From positions 413-64,412 of the forward strand of contig JAKSHS010000003.1 in NCBI GenBank assembly GCA_024399275.1: a DNA stretch of 64,000 nt, given 5' to 3'. The position numbers and the translations under genes were made by a program. The notes beneath the pieces are model-generated. The model was not told the DNA's origin, made no database searches, and worked only from the letters and a program-made list of their open reading frames with translations. Origin of the DNA: an archaeon. GTDB taxonomy: Archaea; Thermoplasmatota; Thermoplasmata; Methanomassiliicoccales; Methanomethylophilaceae. Below, piece by piece: positions 60,505 through 64,000 of the stretch; position 1 is the first letter of the stretch, and the number at the start of each line of letters is the position of its first letter.

Positions 60505-61338
60505 ATGAGTGTTAGAGAAGTATTTGATAGCATACGCGATGATATAAGGGATGGAAATTACCAAATTATAAGACAGAAGGTAAGAAGTCTGATTGATTCG
60601 GATCCACAAGATGTTGGAATCATGCTTGAGTGTGCTTCTCTATTAAAGACAATTGATGATGATGAGTATTGTCAATCAATTATTGATTCTATTCTTAGTA
60701 CCGTTGAATCACCTAATTTTGATGTTGCAATTGCGATCAGAAATCTTGGAAGGTTGTCTGAAGCATATGAATTAATGAAAGATTTTTGTCAGGATTCTGA
60801 AAAGCAAATTGAAATTGCTAGAACACTTGTGATGATGAATGAACCTGAAAAAGCCAATGAACTTTTGGAAAAGATAAATTCTCATTCGAGGGAGGGGGAA
60901 CTTCTTAGATGTGACGTTCTTTGTTTGCTCGGAAGGCCCGAGGAGGCTCTTTCTATCATAAAAGAAATAGTAGATAGAAAGGAAATTACTTATGACGTCT
61001 TGTCTAAGTTTTGTAGCGTGCTGGTGAGGGTGGGGAGAGATAATGATGCTATAAAAATGGCTAAAACTTACCTTAAAGAAGATAAAGAAAATGTAGACTA
61101 TTTGGCTTTGATGTCTTACGTTATGTATATAACTGGGAAAATTCCGGCAGCAGTAAATTATGCTAGTCGTGCGTTGAAAAAAGATTACGCTCATATTGGT
61201 GCTTTAGAGACTATGGCAATGTGTCTCGTTGAGAGACAGAAATATCTTCAAGCTAAGCTTCTGGCTGGTGTTATTAATGATAAAAATCCTGGTAGCATTG
61301 CAGCAATTAAAATTTTGGACATGTGTCAGAAAACATAG
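60505..61338 (+). CDS. Tetratricopeptide-repeat protein
   Basis: Repeated LGR..EA helical motifs. Confidence 0.75.
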   Translation: MSVREVFDSIRDDIRDGNYQIIRQKVRSLIDSDPQDVGIMLECASLLKTIDDDEYCQSIIDSILSTVESPNFDVAIAIRNLGRLSEAYELMKDFCQDSEKQIEIARTLVMMNEPEKANELLEKINSHSREGELLRCDVLCLLGRPEEALSIIKEIVDRKEITYDVLSKFCSVLVRVGRDNDAIKMAKTYLKEDKENVDYLALMSYVMYITGKIPAAVNYASRALKKDYAHIGALETMAMCLVERQKYLQAKLLAGVINDKNPGSIAAIKILDMCQKT

Positions 61339-61356
61339 CGTTGTTTGATGCCCCTG

Positions 61357-62850
61357 TTAGCTCATTCTTTTCACAGAATGGATAAATTCCTTCCAGAATC
61401 TCGGTGTAAGTAATATTATTCCAGAGAGAATTTCTAGACGTCCAAGTAACATGATGAAACATAAAAATATCTTTAGAAACCAATTGAGACTGTGTATGGG
61501 CAACCCAAGTGTGCCGCTAAAGGAAGAGCCAGATGTGGTAATAAGTGCAATTGTAGTTAATAGAGAAGATTGCAAATCGTGGCCGAAGATCATTAGGGTC
61601 GAAATTCCTGCGAGTGTTGTGAATAGAAACAGGACACTTAATGCTGCTACTACGTTAATGGTGCGATTGCCAACAGAACCTTTGTTCAATCGAACTTCGT
61701 AGACTGCTTCGGGGTGGAGTATACTCTTTAGGCCATTTTGAATATATCTTAAAATGACGATAATCCGACTGATTTTTATACCACCTGTAGTTGAGCCAGC
61801 AGAACCTCCAAGAAATGCCGCGAAAAGTAGGATGGTTGTCGCAATTTCTGGCCAATATTCAAAGTCGACAAAAAATGTAGTTGATGTTGCACTTATAACA
61901 GCAACTACGATGTCCACAAAATCTAAGTTAAAATCTCCTCCTATGATGTGATCACAGTGAATAAGAATATAGATTAGGACGACAAGTGTTAGGTTCCAGA
62001 AGAGAACGAATCTGAATTCTTCATTGTTGAAATAGGTAGAACTCCTTTTATAATAAAGAGCTCTGAAGTGTAGGAAAAAGTTTATCGACCCAAGGAGCAT
62101 GAAGATTCCGCAGATTATCTTTATTTTTGCAGGAAATTCGGAGAAGTTACTGTATTTACTAGTCGGACCTCCGGTAGATATTGTTGCCAGAGATTCACAT
62201 AACGAATCAAATAGAGGAACGTCTAATGATGATAATAATAGCACCATTGATGCCGTTAAGAAGGCATATATACACAAAAACTGCCTGGCGATGTCTCTTT
62301 TTCTGAGTGTAAGAGTAGATACATCGGATGAGAAAGATGTACTTGAATCGAGTAGTTCTTTACTTCCAAATCCGAACATTGGTAAAAGAAGCGTGAATAG
62401 CATAATGACAGCTAACCCTCCAATCCATTCCATGATTGACCTCCACATGAAGAGTCCGGAAGAGATGTTTCTCACGTTTACTATGGTTGCCCCGGAAGTC
62501 GTAATATTGGAAGTCGATTCGAAGATGCTGTCTGCTAAGCTAATACCAGATATCATGAATGGTATGGCGCTGAATATAATTGCAACAATCCACACTATCC
62601 CTAATAAAAATAAACCGTCGATGGACTTGATGGTTTCGGGCATTTTAGTCATTAGTCCAATAACTGAAGAAAGGACGATACCAGCTAGTATCGGTATGAG
62701 GAAAGTAAGATAACTAGCTTTTTCAAGAAGATCGATGAAAAAACATGGTAACATTGCCACAGAGAGCCCAAAAAGTTCTGCTGAAATTACACTAAGGTGT
62801 GCACTTTCTCTCTTTGTGTGTAAATTTGCTTCTAATTTTATTCCTACCAT
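61357..62850 (-). CDS. trkH: Trk-type potassium uptake membrane protein
   Basis: FES.S..TT.G, W.GG, STGG, GG.AGST.GGIK, M.LGRLEI. Confidence 0.92.
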   Translation of the reverse strand: MVGIKLEANLHTKRESAHLSVISAELFGLSVAMLPCFFIDLLEKASYLTFLIPILAGIVLSSVIGLMTKMPETIKSIDGLFLLGIVWIVAIIFSAIPFMISGISLADSIFESTSNITTSGATIVNVRNISSGLFMWRSIMEWIGGLAVIMLFTLLLPMFGFGSKELLDSSTSFSSDVSTLTLRKRDIARQFLCIYAFLTASMVLLLSSLDVPLFDSLCESLATISTGGPTSKYSNFSEFPAKIKIICGIFMLLGSINFFLHFRALYYKRSSTYFNNEEFRFVLFWNLTLVVLIYILIHCDHIIGGDFNLDFVDIVVAVISATSTTFFVDFEYWPEIATTILLFAAFLGGSAGSTTGGIKISRIIVILRYIQNGLKSILHPEAVYEVRLNKGSVGNRTINVVAALSVLFLFTTLAGISTLMIFGHDLQSSLLTTIALITTSGSSFSGTLGLPIHSLNWFLKIFLCFIMLLGRLEILSGIILLTPRFWKEFIHSVKRMS

Positions 62851-62858
62851 TTTGAACC

Positions 62859-64000
62859 TTAGCAGTTGATTATTTTTTCGAGGCTGTCTGTACTAACGTT
62901 ATATGTAAACATAACCAAAATATCATTTATGTGGATTTCAGTGTCCATGCGAGGGTAGATTTTTTCTTCGTTGCGAACGATGCATGTAATGCGGACACCT
63001 TCAGGGAGGTGAATGTCTCCCATGTGCTGGTCACGGATTTTAGAGTTAGATTCAACGGTTATTGTGAAGAATTTCTCTCCGGAATGTCTCATTTCGAGAA
63101 TGGATTGTTTATCAGAAATCAATATTTTGGTAATTTCATTGGCAACAATACGATGTGTACCTATAGCGCTTTTTATACCTACAAAGTCAAAAATATCTGC
63201 ATATTCTGGCATTGAATATCGTGAGATAATTTTTGCGGCTCCTAGTTTTATTCCTATTAGGCATGAAAGAAGATTTGTTTCATCTCTATTAGTCATTGCC
63301 ATAAGAACGTCTGCCTTGCCAATATTTTCATTTTGAAGAATGTGTGGATCTATTCCGCTTCCATTGACAACGACAACGTCGTTTACTTCTTTCACTAATT
63401 TGTTACATCGTTTAGTGTTTGTTTCAAGAATTTTGACATATTTTTTTCTTGATTCTAAAAGTTTTGCAGCTTTTAAACCAGAAAACCCTCCACCAACAAT
63501 TACGAATTCTGATGCCTCATGAGTTATGCCCATAAATTTATTGAACTCTGATACCCCTTTTGAAGTACCGAGAACAGTAATTTTGTCGCCGACATGAAGT
63601 TCAATGGTTTCACAGTTGACAATAGTTGTATCTTCTCGACAGACACATACAATGGTACAATCCCTCGGTATTTCAAGATCAATGACAACTTTTCCTATTA
63701 TGTTCACGTGTTTGTCTGTGACTTCAAAGAGCACTATACTCATATTCATTGATTCGATACTGTCGTAGTCAATCGCATTTTCTAGAAGTGATAATTCGGC
63801 AATTTTATTTGCAATGGCAAGCTCAGGAGAAATTATCTTATCAACAACCTTTGATGATATTTCTGTCATAAAATCTGGATTTCTAATCGTCGCAATTGTC
63901 ACTATTTCGGGTTTTATATGTTTAGAGATCATTGCAATGAAAAGGTTATCCTCATCGTGTTCAGTTGCACTAATTATGACTTCTGGTTGTTGTCTTTTAA
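62859..64000 (-). CDS. trkA: Trk potassium uptake regulatory subunit (5' end outside the window)
   Basis: Frame open to the window edge (...KRQQPEVIISATEHDEDNLFIAMIS...); RCK_N (IVGGG..G) and RCK_C domains. Confidence 0.9.
   Translation of the reverse strand, partial: KRQQPEVIISATEHDEDNLFIAMISKHIKPEIVTIATIRNPDFMTEISSKVVDKIISPELAIANKIAELSLLENAIDYDSIESMNMSIVLFEVTDKHVNIIGKVVIDLEIPRDCTIVCVCREDTTIVNCETIELHVGDKITVLGTSKGVSEFNKFMGITHEASEFVIVGGGFSGLKAAKLLESRKKYVKILETNTKRCNKLVKEVNDVVVVNGSGIDPHILQNENIGKADVLMAMTNRDETNLLSCLIGIKLGAAKIISRYSMPEYADIFDFVGIKSAIGTHRIVANEITKILISDKQSILEMRHSGEKFFTITVESNSKIRDQHMGDIHLPEGVRITCIVRNEEKIYPRMDTEIHINDILVMFTYNVSTDSLEKIINC

Noticed and set aside
14108-63522. Many 60-200 aa antisense ORFs (e.g. 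14108-14581, 20036-20557, 31831-32397, 34902-35384, 62099-62713)
   Set aside because: Shadows of well-supported genes on the opposite strand, with no motifs or independent start signals

Overview
Chromosomal segment of a low-GC methanogenic archaeon, most consistent with the order Methanomassiliicoccales. The evidence is the mcrBDGA operon with mcrC displaced into a separate atwA-mcrC-marker 3/6/5/15/17/7 cluster, MtaA-type methyltransferases with a corrinoid protein, a membrane pyrophosphatase, a two-gene SufCB/SmsCB system and bacterial-type rarA and xseAB. It carries about 64 protein genes (two of them below the ORF-track length cutoff), tRNA-Arg(CCG), tRNA-Leu(GAG), tRNA-His(GTG) and the RNase P RNA. 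No CRISPR array, intact IS or prophage is visible. Most notable observations: (1) an RCC1-type propeller gene with eight ~150-bp units sharing an invariant 26-bp core and mosaic flanks, suggesting recombinational blade shuffling; (2) a corrinoid protein / hydantoinase-like ASKHA protein with a transposase-like N-terminus / MtaA module with no recognisable substrate-specific methyltransferase; (3) an MCR plus MCR-activation supercluster with an embedded divergent HTH-sensor gene; (4) frequent TAG stops (15 of about 64 by hand count), including mcrA, whose TAG is in frame with the downstream DUF2098-like gene; (5) an AddAB/AdnAB-like helicase-nuclease pair near xseAB. All family assignments come from motif recognition by eye, not database searches.
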